Positions 22,319 to 33,447 are shown, numbered from the stretch's first letter. The stretch: DNA of 64,000 nucleotides from an uncultured Ectothiorhodospiraceae bacterium (GCA_913057145.1 CAJXNJ010000004.1:4409-68408); one strand, 5' to 3'. The notes: generated from the letters alone by a model not told the origin. Translations and numbers: made by a program.

Positions 22319-22942
22319 CTACACTGCCCGAAAGCCTCTCGCCAGCAGATAGACCTCTCGACTTCTGTCCCGAGAGGCCTGCGGTTTGCGGCTGGAGACC
22401 CGGTCAAACTGTCTTCTCATCTCGGCCAGCAGGGCATCGAATCCCTGCCCCTGAAACACTTTGACCAGCAATCCGCCGCCAGGTTTCAGGCGATTGGCGC
22501 AGAAATCGAGCGCCAGCTCGGCCAATAACATTGAGCGTGGCTGATCGACGGCTTTCTGTCCTGAGAGATTGGGGGCCATATCGGATAATACAAGATCGAC
22601 CGCCTGACCATCGAGTGCGGCATCCAGCGCTGCAAGCCCTTCATCGGCTGCAAAGTCGGCCTGGATGACCGTCACACCCGGCAAGGGCGCCATCTCCAGA
22701 AGATCGATGGCAATCACCCGCCCGGATTCTCCGACACGGCCCGCGGCATATTCACTCCAGCCACCGGGCGCGGCACCGAGGTCAACCACGCATTGCCCCG
22801 GGGCAATGAGCCGGTCCTTCTGATCAATGGCCTCCAGCTTGAAGACCGCCCGCGACCGCAGTCCGCGACGCTGGGCCTCGCGGACAAACGGGTCACTGAA
22901 ATGTTCGTTCAACCAGCGACGGCTGCCACGACTGCGGGCCAT
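22319..22942 (-). CDS. rlmE: 23S rRNA Um2552 methyltransferase
   Basis: [34 protein letters not shown]. Confidence 0.97.
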   Translation of the reverse strand: MARSRGSRRWLNEHFSDPFVREAQRRGLRSRAVFKLEAIDQKDRLIAPGQCVVDLGAAPGGWSEYAAGRVGESGRVIAIDLLEMAPLPGVTVIQADFAADEGLAALDAALDGQAVDLVLSDMAPNLSGQKAVDQPRSMLLAELALDFCANRLKPGGGLLVKVFQGQGFDALLAEMRRQFDRVSSRKPQASRDRSREVYLLARGFRAV

Positions 22943-23418
22943 TACTCGTAGCGCACCTCAACGATCTCGTAGGTCCGCTGCCCGCCGGGCGCCTGTACAT
23001 CAACGACATCGCCCTCTTCCTTGCCGATCAGCGCCCGGGCGATGGGCGACTGCACGGAAATCCGGTTTGCCTTGATGTCCGCCTCGTCCTCGCCGACGAT
23101 CTGGTAGGTCTTCTCGCTTCCGTCTTCTTCATCCGAGAGGACAACCGTGACGCCGAAAACGACTTTTCCATTCGCCGGCAACGCCGTGACGTCGATGATC
23201 TGGGCATTGGCGAGCTTGGATTCGATTTCCGCAATCCGGCCCTCGATGAACCCCTGCTGCTCCCGGGCAGCGTGATACTCGGCGTTCTCTTTCAGATCAC
23301 CGTGGGCGCGGGCCTCAGCAATCGCCTTGATGACATTGGGCCGATCCGCGGTTTTCAGGCGATTGAGCTCTTCACGCAGCTGCTCTGCGCCCCGCACTGT
23401 CAATGGTGTTTTGCTCAT
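22942..23418 (-). CDS. greA: Transcription elongation factor GreA
   Basis: [18 protein letters not shown] and [10 protein letters not shown]. Confidence 0.97.
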   Translation of the reverse strand: MSKTPLTVRGAEQLREELNRLKTADRPNVIKAIAEARAHGDLKENAEYHAAREQQGFIEGRIAEIESKLANAQIIDVTALPANGKVVFGVTVVLSDEEDGSEKTYQIVGEDEADIKANRISVQSPIARALIGKEEGDVVDVQAPGGQRTYEIVEVRYE

Positions 23419-26400
23419 GCCATCGCCTCCTTGTGCAGATCCTGCAGCGAGCGCACTTCCTTGGAATCAAGATACTCAAGCGCCTGACAGGTGGCTCGGG
23501 CACCGGCCAGGGTTGTCGTGTAGCAGACCTTGTGATGCAGGGCTTCACGACGGATGGAGAAAGAATCGGCGATGGCCTGCCGGCCTTCGGTGGTATTGAT
23601 GATCAGATCGATCTCACCGTTTTTAATGGCGTCCACCACATGCGGACGGCCTTCCACCACCTTGTTGATCACACTGCACTCAACACCGGCAGCCTGCAAG
23701 ACCTCAGCCGTACCCCGGGTTGCGACCAATTCGAATCCGCGCCGCACGAGGTCACGACCAATCGATGGCACGGCCGGCTTGTCGGCATCCCGCATGCTGA
23801 TGAAAACACGACCGCCACGTGGCAGCTCCACGCCGGCTCCAAGCTGGGATTTGGCATAGGCCTCGCCGAATACCGGCCCGATTCCCATCACCTCACCGGT
23901 GGACTTCATCTCCGGGCCAAGAATCGGATCCACGCCCGGGAACTTGATGAACGGGAAGACCGCTTCCTTGACGGAATAACTGCTCGGGACGCGTTCTTCG
24001 GTATACCCCTGGGCCTGCAGTGTGCGGCCAACCATGCAGCGCGCCGCGATCTTTGCCAGCGGGAACCCGGTGGCCTTGGAGACAAACGGCACGGTGCGTG
24101 AAGCACGCGGGTTGACCTCAAGGACGAAAATCTCCTCACCCTTGATCGCAAACTGTGCATTCATAAGCCCGACAACGCCGAGCCGCAGCGCCATTTCCCG
24201 CATTTGCTCGCGCATGCGGTCCACAAGCTGAGGCGAGAGACTATAAGGTGGCAGCGAGCAGGCCGAGTCGCCGGAGTGCACACCCGCCTGTTCGATATGC
24301 TCCATCACCCCGCCGATCAGGACCTGTTTGCCATCACAAATGGCATCGATATCCACCTCGATGGCATCGTCCAGAAAACGATCGAGCAGCACGGGGGATT
24401 CGTTTGAGACCTTGACCGCCTCACGCATGTACTGCTCGAGCTCGGAGGCCTGATAAACGATCTCCATGGCCCGGCCGCCCAACACATAGGAAGGCCGCAC
24501 CACCAGCGGATAGCCGATTTCATCGGCAAGCCGCAATGCCTGTTCCGGGTCGGTTGCGGTCCGATTCGGCGGCTGCTGCAGACCGGCTTCGTTGATAAGC
24601 CCCTGAAAACGCTCACGATCCTCGGCCAGATCAATGGAATCCGGCGTCGTGCCAATAATGTTGGCCCCAAAGGCCTCGAGGTCTCGGGCGAGCTTGAGCG
24701 GCGTCTGCCCCCCGTACTGAATGACAATCCCCTCGGGCTTTTCAGTCTCAACGATCTCCAGCACGTCCTCGAGCGTCAGGGGCTCAAAATACAGCCTGTC
24801 CGAGGTGTCATAGTCGGTGGAGACGGTCTCGGGATTGCAGTTGACCATGATGGTCTCAAAACCATCCTCACGCAGCGCCAGGGCCGCATGCACACAACAA
24901 TAATCAAACTCGATGCCCTGGCCGATGCGGTTGGGGCCGCCGCCAAGGATCATGATCTTGCGCCGGTCACTCGGTGCCGCCTCATCTTCCTCCTCGTAGG
25001 TGGAATACATGTAGGCAGTCGCGGTCGCGAATTCCGCGGCACAGGAGTCCACCCGCTTGTAGACCGGTCGCACACCAAGCGAACGCCGATAATCCCGGAG
25101 AGCATGCTCATTCTCGCCAAGCAGGCGCGCAAGCCGGGCATCGGAGAAGCCGCAGCGCTTGAGCGCACGCATCTGCGTGGCATCCAGTGACTTCAGGCTG
25201 GCTCCCTCAAGCGCCTGTTCGCGACGGATCAGGTCACCGATCTGGGCAAGAAACCACGGATCGATGGCGGTCGCCTCAAAAATGGCGTCAAGCTCGAGCC
25301 CGGCCCGGAAGCCGTCGGCCACCCAGAGCAGACGCTCCGGGCCCGGATGCCGCAGCTCCTGCGCCACCCGCTCGGCTGCCTCTTCGCTCATCGGCAGCCG
25401 CGGATCCAGGCCCTCGAGTCCGTTCTCAAGCCCACGCAGTGCTTTTTGCAGAGACTCCTGAAAAGTCCGCCCGATGGCCATCACCTCGCCAACCGACTTC
25501 ATCTGTGTCGTCAGCACCGGCTTGGTGCGCATGAACTTCTCAAAGGTAAAGCGCGGGATCTTGGTGACCACATAATCGATGCTCGGCTCGAATGAGGCCG
25601 GCGTCAGGCCACCCGTGATTTCATTGCGCAGCTCATCCAGCGTGTAGCCGACCGCCAACTTCGCCGCCACCTTGGCAATCGGAAAGCCGGTGGCTTTGGA
25701 GGCAAGCGCTGAGGAGCGCGAAACCCGGGGATTCATCTCGATGACGACCATGCGGCCGTCTTCCGGGTTGATGGCGAACTGCACGTTCGACCCGCCGGTC
25801 TCCACACCGATCTCCCGCAGGACAGCCAGCGAGGCATCCCGCATGATCTGGTATTCCTTGTCCGTGAGCGTCTGTGCCGGGGCGACCGTGATGGAATCAC
25901 CGGTGTGAACGCCCATGGGATCCACATTCTCAATGGCGCAGATAATGATGGCGTTGTCGGCCTTGTCGCGGACAACCTCCATCTCAAACTCTTTCCAACC
26001 CAGAACGGATTCTTCAATCAGCAGCTCATTGGTTGGCGAGAGATCAAGGCCTCGCTCGCAGATTTCATTGAATTCCTCAGCGTTGTAGGCAATGCCGCCA
26101 CCGCTGCCACCCAATGTGAACGAGGGCCGGATAATGGTCGGGAATCCGATCTCCTGCTGCGCGGCGAGCGCCTCTTCCATGCTGTGCGCGATACGGGCCC
26201 TGGCGGTGCCCAGCCCGATGCGGTTCATCGCCTGGCGGAAAGCTTCGCGATCCTCTGCCATGTCGATGGCGGATTTGGTGGCGCCGATCATCTCGACGCC
26301 GAACTGCTCAAGCACGCCGTGACGGTCGAGATCGAGCGCGCAGTTGAGCGCCGTCTGCCCGCCCATGGTGGGCAGGACGGCATCGGGGCGTTCGCGCTCG

Positions 26401-26633
26401 ATAATGCTTGCGACCACCTGCCACTGAATCGGCTCAATGTAGACGGCATCCGCCATCTCCGGATCGGTCATGATGGTTGCCGGATTGGAGTTGACGAGGA
26501 TGACCCGGTACCCCTCTTCACGCAGCGCCTTGCAGGCCTGAGCCCCGGAATAGTCAAACTCACAGGCCTGGCCGATGACGATCGGGCCTGCGCCAATGAT
26601 CAGGATGCTTTTGATGTCTGTGCGCTTGGGCAT
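23415..26633 (-). CDS. carB: Carbamoyl-phosphate synthase large subunit
   Basis: [30 protein letters not shown]; duplicated ATP-grasp domains; 1072 aa. Confidence 0.99.
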   Translation of the reverse strand: MPKRTDIKSILIIGAGPIVIGQACEFDYSGAQACKALREEGYRVILVNSNPATIMTDPEMADAVYIEPIQWQVVASIIERERPDAVLPTMGGQTALNCALDLDRHGVLEQFGVEMIGATKSAIDMAEDREAFRQAMNRIGLGTARARIAHSMEEALAAQQEIGFPTIIRPSFTLGGSGGGIAYNAEEFNEICERGLDLSPTNELLIEESVLGWKEFEMEVVRDKADNAIIICAIENVDPMGVHTGDSITVAPAQTLTDKEYQIMRDASLAVLREIGVETGGSNVQFAINPEDGRMVVIEMNPRVSRSSALASKATGFPIAKVAAKLAVGYTLDELRNEITGGLTPASFEPSIDYVVTKIPRFTFEKFMRTKPVLTTQMKSVGEVMAIGRTFQESLQKALRGLENGLEGLDPRLPMSEEAAERVAQELRHPGPERLLWVADGFRAGLELDAIFEATAIDPWFLAQIGDLIRREQALEGASLKSLDATQMRALKRCGFSDARLARLLGENEHALRDYRRSLGVRPVYKRVDSCAAEFATATAYMYSTYEEEDEAAPSDRRKIMILGGGPNRIGQGIEFDYCCVHAALALREDGFETIMVNCNPETVSTDYDTSDRLYFEPLTLEDVLEIVETEKPEGIVIQYGGQTPLKLARDLEAFGANIIGTTPDSIDLAEDRERFQGLINEAGLQQPPNRTATDPEQALRLADEIGYPLVVRPSYVLGGRAMEIVYQASELEQYMREAVKVSNESPVLLDRFLDDAIEVDIDAICDGKQVLIGGVMEHIEQAGVHSGDSACSLPPYSLSPQLVDRMREQMREMALRLGVVGLMNAQFAIKGEEIFVLEVNPRASRTVPFVSKATGFPLAKIAARCMVGRTLQAQGYTEERVPSSYSVKEAVFPFIKFPGVDPILGPEMKSTGEVMGIGPVFGEAYAKSQLGAGVELPRGGRVFISMRDADKPAVPSIGRDLVRRGFELVATRGTAEVLQAAGVECSVINKVVEGRPHVVDAIKNGEIDLIINTTEGRQAIADSFSIRREALHHKVCYTTTLAGARATCQALEYLDSKEVRSLQDLHKEAMA

Positions 26634-26655
26634 GTTTGAACAACCACCTGGTAAT

Positions 26656-27807
26656 TCAGGCCGCGCGCGGATGGGCGGCCATCAAATCAACGAAATGAGC
26701 GAAGAGCGGGGAGACGTCATGTGGCCCGGGGCTGGCCTCGGGATGCCCCTGGAAGCTGAAGGCAGGCCGATCATTGAGCTCGATACCCTGCAGACTGCCA
26801 TCAAACAACGAATGGTGCGTGACCTGCACATTTGCCGGCAGGGTATTGGCGTCAATGGCAAAGCCATGGTTCTGACTGGAGATCATGACCCGACCCGTGG
26901 CGATATCGAGCACCGGGTGATTGGCTCCGTGGTGTCCGAATTTCATCTTGATACTGCTCGCGCCGGTCGCAAGCCCGAGCAGCTGATGCCCGAGGCAGAT
27001 CCCGAACAGCGGTATGCCGCTGTCGAGCAGGGCACGAGCTGCCTCAATGGCATAAGTCAGCGGCTCCGGATCACCCGGGCCATTGGAGAGAAAGACACCA
27101 TTGGGCTTCAGCGCAAGCACATCCGCGGCCGGTGTCGTCGCCGGCACCACCGTCACCCGGCAGCCATGATCCACGAGCTGTCGCAGGATGTTGCGCTTGA
27201 TACCAAAATCATAAGCGACCACGTGGAACGGCAGATCGGCATCACTGCCCGGCGCCGGCTCGGTCTCGCCACGCTCCAGCGCCCAGGTGCCCAGTCGCCA
27301 TTCATAGCGCTCCTCGGTGGTCACCGATTGCACCAGATCGCGCCCGGTCAGGGGCGGATGCGCCGCCGCTGCTGCCACCGCGGCCTCGGCATCCACCGAA
27401 TCACCCGAGAGGATGCAGCCATTCTGCGCACCTTTCTCGCGCAGAATCCGCGTCAGCCGGCGCGTATCGATATCGCAGATACCGACCACCCCATGACGGG
27501 CGAGGTAGTCGCCCAGACCCGCTTCGGCCCGCCAGTTGCTCATCTGCACGGGGTAGTCACGAATGATCAGACCGGAGAGTTGCGGGCCGTTGGCCTCTTC
27601 ATCGAGCTGCGTGACGCCGGTGTTGCCGATATGCGGATAGGTCAGTGTGACCATCTGGCCGAAATACGAGGGGTCGGTGCAGATTTCCTGATAGCCCGTC
27701 ATCGCTGTGTTGAAACAGACTTCTCCTGCCGTTTGGCCCTTGGCCCCGAGGGCAGTGCCATGGAAAACCGATCCATCCTCGAGTGCCAGAACTGCTCTGT
27801 CAGTCAC
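26656..27807 (-). CDS. carA: Carbamoyl-phosphate synthase small subunit
   Basis: [34 protein letters not shown]; GTG start. Confidence 0.98.
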   Translation of the reverse strand: MTDRAVLALEDGSVFHGTALGAKGQTAGEVCFNTAMTGYQEICTDPSYFGQMVTLTYPHIGNTGVTQLDEEANGPQLSGLIIRDYPVQMSNWRAEAGLGDYLARHGVVGICDIDTRRLTRILREKGAQNGCILSGDSVDAEAAVAAAAAHPPLTGRDLVQSVTTEERYEWRLGTWALERGETEPAPGSDADLPFHVVAYDFGIKRNILRQLVDHGCRVTVVPATTPAADVLALKPNGVFLSNGPGDPEPLTYAIEAARALLDSGIPLFGICLGHQLLGLATGASSIKMKFGHHGANHPVLDIATGRVMISSQNHGFAIDANTLPANVQVTHHSLFDGSLQGIELNDRPAFSFQGHPEASPGPHDVSPLFAHFVDLMAAHPRAA

Positions 27808-27828
27808 CTTTTCACCCCATTTGCTCGC

Positions 27829-27859
27829 AAAAACGGGAGGGCCCGCAGTGCCCTCCCGT
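27829..27859 (-). terminator. Terminator-like hairpin in carA 5' leader (putative attenuator)
   Basis: ACGGGAGGGC-ACTGCGG-GCCCTCCCGT then TTTT, ~20 nt before the carA start. Confidence 0.7.
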
Positions 27860-27879
27860 CGGCTATCTCAACCTGCTGA

Positions 27880-27959
27880 ATAGTACGCCTGACCCGGGCT
27901 GGCTGTCCATCCATGAGCAGCCCGGCACCTTGCAAAAAGAAGGCACGAACAGCTACCTT
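27880..27959. promoter_or_regulatory. Back-to-back putative promoters for carA (-) and the ABC operon (+)
   Basis: Minus: TGGACA(27909-27904)-18-TACTAT(27885-27880). Plus: TTGCAA(27930)-18-TACCTT(27954). Confidence 0.5.
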
Positions 27960-28007
27960 TGCACTCTTTGGCCGCGCCCCTGCGACCACCGACTCGGTTT
28001 CCCGAAT

Positions 28008-28943
28008 ATGAATGCGCTATCGCTGCGTCAGCTCAACAAGACGTATTCCGGCGGTGTTACCGCCCTGCATGATGTTGATCTCGAGGTCACGCCCGGTGAT
28101 TTCTTCGGGCTGCTTGGGCCCAATGGTGCCGGCAAGACCACGATCATCGGCATCGTTGCCTCCCTGGTTCGGGCGACATCGGGCTCGGTGAAGATTTTTG
28201 GCCATGACATCGTCACCGAGCCATGGGAGGCCAAATCCAACCTCGGACTGGTCCCCCAGGAGTTCAATTTCAACCAGTTCGAGACCGTCAGCCAGATCGT
28301 TCTCAACCAGGCCGGTTATTACGGCATCGATCGTCGCACCGCCCACGAGCGCGCCGAATATTACCTGCGCGAGCTCGATCTCTGGGGCAAACGCAACGCC
28401 AGCTCACGCTCACTATCGGGTGGCATGAAACGGCGGCTGATGATCGCCCGCGCCCTGGTCCATGAACCCAGGCTGCTCATCCTCGATGAGCCGACTGCAG
28501 GCGTTGACATCGAGCTGCGTCGGTCGATGTGGGACTTTCTGCGGCAGATGAATGAACGCGGCACGACCATCATCCTCACGACCCATTACCTGGAAGAAGC
28601 GGAATCGCTCTGCCGCAACATCGGGATCATCGATGGCGGCCGCATTATCGAGAACACCGACATGCGATCGCTGCTCGCCAAACTGAAAAGTCAGAGCTTC
28701 GTCCTCGACATCAGCTCGGCGGTTGGTGATTTACCCAACATCACGGATTTCTACGTCGTGCCCATCGATGAACAGACCATCGAAGTTGAAGTCCGGGGTG
28801 ATCAGACACTCAGTGACCTTTTCAAGCAACTCAATGCTGCCGGTGTCGAAGTCACCAGCATGAAAAACAAAGCCAATCGGCTCGAAGAACTTTTCGTGCG
28901 CATGCTCGGTGATCGCGACAACCCGCCAGCCAAGGCAGTCTGA
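28008..28943 (+). CDS. ABC-2 type transporter ATP-binding protein (YadG-like)
   Basis: GPNGAGKTT, LSGGMKRR, LILDEPT, TTHYLEEAE; start moved to ATG 28008. Confidence 0.92.
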   Translation: MNALSLRQLNKTYSGGVTALHDVDLEVTPGDFFGLLGPNGAGKTTIIGIVASLVRATSGSVKIFGHDIVTEPWEAKSNLGLVPQEFNFNQFETVSQIVLNQAGYYGIDRRTAHERAEYYLRELDLWGKRNASSRSLSGGMKRRLMIARALVHEPRLLILDEPTAGVDIELRRSMWDFLRQMNERGTTIILTTHYLEEAESLCRNIGIIDGGRIIENTDMRSLLAKLKSQSFVLDISSAVGDLPNITDFYVVPIDEQTIEVEVRGDQTLSDLFKQLNAAGVEVTSMKNKANRLEELFVRMLGDRDNPPAKAV

Positions 28944-28944
28944 T

Positions 28945-29736
28945 ATGGCAGCGCTCTATCCGGCCTACCCCAAACAGACCCTGATCGCCCTGCGCACACT
29001 GGTGTGGAAGGAAACGCACCGTTATCTGCGGATCTGGGTACAGACACTGGTCCCACCGGCGATCACCATGACCCTGTATTTCATCATCTTCGGCAGCCTC
29101 ATCGGCTCGCGCGTCGGAGTGATGGATGGCTACAGCTTCATGGAGTTCATCGCCCCGGGGATCATCATGATGTCGGTGATCACCAACTCCTACACCAATG
29201 TGGTTTCCTCGTTTTTCGGTGCCAAATTCCAGCGTCATGTCGAGGAACTTCTGGTCTCCCCGACCCCCAATTACGTAATTCTCGCCGGTTATGTGGCAGG
29301 CGGTGTCGGCCGGGGCCTTTTCACGGGCCTGATTGTCACCATCATCGCGAGCTTTTTCGCCGATCTGGAAATCCACAACATTCCGGTCACGATCTCTGTG
29401 GTTTTCCTCACGGCGGTATTGTTTTCACTGGGTGGTTTCATTAATGGCGTCTTTGCCAAGAAATTCGATGATATCGCCATCGTGCCCACCTTCATCCTCA
29501 CCCCGCTGACGTATCTCGGCGGGGTTTTCTACTCCATCTCCATGCTGCCTGACTTCTGGCAGGGTCTGTCGATGGCCAATCCAATCCTGTATATGGTCAA
29601 TGCCTTTCGCTACGGCATACTCGGCAGCTCGGATATCCCAATCATGACTGCCTATACGCTGGTCATTGGCTTTATCATTGCCGGAACGGCCCTGAGCCTG
29701 CATCTGCTAAAGCGCGGCACCGGCCTGCGCAGCTGA
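28945..29736 (+). CDS. ABC-2 type transporter permease (YadH-like)
   Basis: RIWVQTLVPPAITMTLYF, LTPLTYLGGVFYS, NPILYMVNAFRYG. Confidence 0.92.
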   Translation: MAALYPAYPKQTLIALRTLVWKETHRYLRIWVQTLVPPAITMTLYFIIFGSLIGSRVGVMDGYSFMEFIAPGIIMMSVITNSYTNVVSSFFGAKFQRHVEELLVSPTPNYVILAGYVAGGVGRGLFTGLIVTIIASFFADLEIHNIPVTISVVFLTAVLFSLGGFINGVFAKKFDDIAIVPTFILTPLTYLGGVFYSISMLPDFWQGLSMANPILYMVNAFRYGILGSSDIPIMTAYTLVIGFIIAGTALSLHLLKRGTGLRS

Positions 29737-29749
29737 GCGAACAATAACA

Positions 29750-31102
29750 ATGAATCTTGAACGCACACCGCTACTGACGGATCTCTACGAGCTGACCATG
29801 CTGCAGACCTACTATGAGCATGGCATGACCGAAGAGGCCGTCTTTGAACTGTTCATGCGTGGCTCGCCGAAACGCGGGTTTTTCATCGCCGCCGGCCTTG
29901 ATCAGGGGCTCGAGTGGCTGGAGCAACTGCGCTTCAAGGCCCACGAGCTTGAGTGGATGCAACAAACGGGGCTGTTCACACAGGCATTTGTCGACCGCAT
30001 GGCCGATTTCCGCTTTACCGGCGATGTCATGGCCCTGCCTGAAGGCACGGTTTTCTTCGCCGAAGAGCCCCTGCTGCAAATCATCGCGCCGCTACCGGAA
30101 GCACAGCTGATTGAATCGCGTTTGATGAATATCCTGCATTATCAGACGCTGATTGCGAGCAAGGCGGCCCGCTGTGTCATTGCTGCCGGTGATACGCCGG
30201 TAATCGACTTTGGCATGCGACGCGCCCATGGCGGTGAAGCGGGGACCTGGGCGGCACGGGCCTGTTATCTCGCCGGCTTCAGCGCCACGGCCACCTGCCT
30301 TGGCAGCGCCCGCTATGACATCCCGCCCACGGGCACCATGGCCCATGCGTTCATTCTCGCGCATGACAGCGAAATGGAAGCGTTTGAGCGTTTTGCCCGC
30401 AGCCACCCCGACAACGTGGTGCTGCTCATTGACACCTACGACGTTGAACGCGGTGCCAGGCGCGTTGTGGAGGTCGCAAGGCGCCTCGCCGGGGATGGCA
30501 TTTCGGTGCACGGTGTGCGCATTGACAGCGGCGATCTCGCGGCCAACGCCCGCCTGACCCGCGCCATCCTGGATGAGGGTGGGCTGACGGACACCCGCAT
30601 TATTGTCAGTGGCGGACTCGATGAACATCGCATCGAAACGCTGCTGGCAAGCGGCGCTCCGATAGACGGGGTTGGCGTCGGATCGAATGTTGACACATCA
30701 GCCGATGTACCTTTCCTCGACTCTGCCTACAAACTCCATTATTTCCGGGATAAACCCCGCGGCAAGCATTCCCGGGGCAAAACCGATCTCCCCGGCCGCA
30801 AACAGGTATTCCGACGGCTGAGTGACGACGGCGAACTGCAGGGCGATACCATCGGGCTGTTTGATGAGAAAGTATCCGGCTCGCCTCTTCTGGAGCCTGT
30901 CATGCAACAGGGCCAGCGGCTCGGCGGTGCCGATCTCACCTCGCTGGAGGCCGCTCGCAGCCGTTGCCAGAATGGCCTGGCGAACCTGCCTGCGGGTCTG
31001 CGCGATCTGCAATCACCGGCGGCATTCAAACCCGAGCTTTCGCAGGGCCTGGAGGCTCTGCGGGAACGTCTGGCCAGAGAGGCCGAGCGGGGGGAGGTCT
31101 GA
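29750..31102 (+). CDS. pncB: Nicotinate phosphoribosyltransferase
   Basis: LLTDLYELTM, DFGMRRAH, GTMAH (phospho-His), LIDTYD, GVRIDSGD. Confidence 0.93.
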   Translation: MNLERTPLLTDLYELTMLQTYYEHGMTEEAVFELFMRGSPKRGFFIAAGLDQGLEWLEQLRFKAHELEWMQQTGLFTQAFVDRMADFRFTGDVMALPEGTVFFAEEPLLQIIAPLPEAQLIESRLMNILHYQTLIASKAARCVIAAGDTPVIDFGMRRAHGGEAGTWAARACYLAGFSATATCLGSARYDIPPTGTMAHAFILAHDSEMEAFERFARSHPDNVVLLIDTYDVERGARRVVEVARRLAGDGISVHGVRIDSGDLAANARLTRAILDEGGLTDTRIIVSGGLDEHRIETLLASGAPIDGVGVGSNVDTSADVPFLDSAYKLHYFRDKPRGKHSRGKTDLPGRKQVFRRLSDDGELQGDTIGLFDEKVSGSPLLEPVMQQGQRLGGADLTSLEAARSRCQNGLANLPAGLRDLQSPAAFKPELSQGLEALRERLAREAERGEV

Positions 31103-31112
31103 TTCAAGAGGC

Positions 31113-31150
31113 GCGGAGCCACTACCCGGTCGGGCAGGGCTCCGCCTTTT
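31113..31150 (+). terminator. Hairpin terminator between convergent pncB and hns
   Basis: GCGGAGCC...GGCTCCGC outer stem, inner CCCG/CGGG stem, then CTTTT. Confidence 0.65.
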
Positions 31151-31155
31151 CCGAC

Positions 31156-31473
31156 TCAGTCGACGCGGAGCTCTTCGATCGAGCGACCGGCGCCTTCCCA
31201 GTCCTTCACCCAAGCCGGCTTGCGGCCACGACCGGACCAGGTCTTGCTGGCATCCGCCGGATGCTGGAAACGCACTTTCGCCGGACCACGCGATTTGCCT
31301 TTCACGGCCGGACCACCAACCAGATCACTCAGCGTAAATCCATAACGCTCGGCTACCTGTTTGAGTTCCTGCTGTGCTTTCTTGGCATCCTCCTTGCGCC
31401 GACCCTGAATTTCCTTATCAATATCTTTCTTCAGCTCATTAAGCTGTGCGGTCGAATAATTGGAGAGATCCAT
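31156..31473 (-). CDS. hns: H-NS family nucleoid-associated protein
   Basis: N-terminal coiled coil and C-terminal TWSGRGRKPAW motif; AGAGGA SD before ATG 31473. Confidence 0.92.
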   Translation of the reverse strand: MDLSNYSTAQLNELKKDIDKEIQGRRKEDAKKAQQELKQVAERYGFTLSDLVGGPAVKGKSRGPAKVRFQHPADASKTWSGRGRKPAWVKDWEGAGRSIEELRVD

Positions 31474-31601
31474 AATGTCCTCTTTGTTGATGATGTAGTC
31501 GCTATAGAAAGCCCGATAAAGATAATCGATCCGGCGTTCAAAAAAAAGAGCATTAGCGCCCAATTTTTCAATTCATTCTTTTTTATGAGAGCGTTATAAA
31601 A

Positions 31602-32837
31602 ATGCAAGCTGCCCTATCCGCAACGCCTGCTGCATTGACGATTGAATTAAAGCCCGAGGCGATTATGACGGGGCGCCCGCCGGAGCCTTTGAGCCGGGAT
31701 GCCGCTGATCTGTTGGCCGCTCCGATGGCCGATGATTTGCGACGAATTCTGGGTGAAGAAATTGCCGACGCCGGGCTTGTCATGCCGGCTGCATTATACG
31801 ATCTCACTGAGCTGCTGCAGCCCGGACTGCCAATGGTTGAAGCAATGCTCGATATCTATCGCGGTGGATTGCGGGGCGGGCCTTTTCAGCCCCAGTTACT
31901 GACCATTGGCTCCTCGGGCGGGCGTTTTCCGGACGCTGCGATTGCACCGCTGAGAAGACCCGGTTCAGGCCCGCTTCTGACTGTGCCATTCGCACTGGTG
32001 GCACCAGGGCCAAAACTCGATGAGCTATCACGAAAAATCGAAAGTACATTATTGGAGAAAGGCTCAGCGAGCCTGGCGACCGATCGGGCTGTTAGACAAC
32101 TCTTTGGTGTTGATCCCGTGCATTTAAGCTATGCCACATTCAATGATCTGGCGGCTTTAATGCGCGTGCAAATGGAACACGCCGGTTTTCTGCCATTATG
32201 GCAACTGATCGAGTCCGCACTTTATCGTCCTGACAGCATAGAGCGGCTGGAGCTCGATACGCATCAGTTCTTTGCAACCGGCGGTCAGGTCTGGACGACC
32301 TGGATGAGCTTTGATGAGTGGTCAGCCACTCGAGCGCTGGAGGCAGGAGAGGCCGTCGAGGGTTACGCACAGTGGCTGCAGACCCAGCGACAGTACATGG
32401 CCGGACTGCAGAGTCATGGCATCAGCGTATCGGTCACTCCCAATCTGCCCGGGCTTCGCGCCGATGATGATGAAGTGGCCCTGTCGGTGGCGCAGGCAAA
32501 TAGCCTCGAAGCGGAGGCACAATGGCTGCGCGAGCGCATTGAAGACCAGATGGAGACCGCGGTCGAGGCCGCCGTCATCACACTCACCGAGCAGGCCGAC
32601 CCGCAGGTTGGGCCGTTTGCCTATACCGCACTGGTACAGAGTCGCGATGGCCATCTCCTGGGGCTTTTCAACGACTATCCGTTACAGCCCGCCGCGATGC
32701 AGTCCATCATTAATCATTGGCAGGAACAGGCAAGCCGGCTTGATGCCGTTTTTCATCTGGAGCGTCCGGGCCGGGTGATCTGTCATGGCAGACCACCCTG
32801 TCTGCAGCCCTGGCTTGACTATGCAGGAAGCGCGTGA
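31602..32837 (+). CDS. Hypothetical protein (411 aa, or 390 aa if ATG 31665 is the start)
   Basis: Only long ORF between hns and pdxH; soluble, acidic; no motif I can assign. Confidence 0.8.
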   Translation: MQAALSATPAALTIELKPEAIMTGRPPEPLSRDAADLLAAPMADDLRRILGEEIADAGLVMPAALYDLTELLQPGLPMVEAMLDIYRGGLRGGPFQPQLLTIGSSGGRFPDAAIAPLRRPGSGPLLTVPFALVAPGPKLDELSRKIESTLLEKGSASLATDRAVRQLFGVDPVHLSYATFNDLAALMRVQMEHAGFLPLWQLIESALYRPDSIERLELDTHQFFATGGQVWTTWMSFDEWSATRALEAGEAVEGYAQWLQTQRQYMAGLQSHGISVSVTPNLPGLRADDDEVALSVAQANSLEAEAQWLRERIEDQMETAVEAAVITLTEQADPQVGPFAYTALVQSRDGHLLGLFNDYPLQPAAMQSIINHWQEQASRLDAVFHLERPGRVICHGRPPCLQPWLDYAGSA

Positions 32838-32856
32838 AGGCGACCGGCAGACAGAA

Positions 32857-33447
32857 TCAGGGGTTGAGCAGGGTCCATTGCCAATGGCCCTCAGCGCCCC
32901 GGAAATAACGCTCGCGGTGATGCAATCGCCCATCGCGGGCTTCCCAGAACTCGATCATCTCGGGCGTTACCCGATAGCCGGTCCAGTGCGGAGGGCGGGG
33001 AACATCCGTTCCCTCATAACGATGCTCAATATCGGCAAGCCTGGACTCAAAGACCTCTCGACTCTCAAGTGGCTCGGACTGTTGCGATGCCCAGGCACCG
33101 ATCTGGCTGATTCTCGGCCTCGAGGCAAAGTAGGCATCCGCCTCACTGTCAGTCACCGGCGCCACCGATCCTTCGATCAGCACCTGTCGCCCCAGTGACG
33201 CCCAGAAGAAAGTTAATGCGGCCCGGGCATTGGCGGCGAGATGTTGGCCTTTACGACTGCGACTGTTGGTGTAGAAGACGAATCCCTGCTCATCCACCTG
33301 TTTGAGCAGGACCGTTCGCGCACCGGGCTTCCCCTCGGCGTCGACGGTTGCCAGGGTCATTGCCGTCGGCTCGAGAACGGCCGGATCGGCCTTTGCCGCA
33401 TCCAGCCACTCGATGAATCGGGCAATGGCCGCCGAGTAATCCGCCAT
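32857..33447 (-). CDS. pdxH: Pyridoxine/pyridoxamine 5'-phosphate oxidase
   Basis: AMTLATVD, RTVLLK, FYTN..SRK, IGAWASQQS, EFW..R.GRLH.R. Confidence 0.96.
   Translation of the reverse strand: MADYSAAIARFIEWLDAAKADPAVLEPTAMTLATVDAEGKPGARTVLLKQVDEQGFVFYTNSRSRKGQHLAANARAALTFFWASLGRQVLIEGSVAPVTDSEADAYFASRPRISQIGAWASQQSEPLESREVFESRLADIEHRYEGTDVPRPPHWTGYRVTPEMIEFWEARDGRLHHRERYFRGAEGHWQWTLLNP

Noticed and set aside
22942-22942. Absence of yhbY between greA and rlmE (TAATG overlap)
   Set aside because: Simple loss or relocation of a dispensable gene; no remnant to analyse
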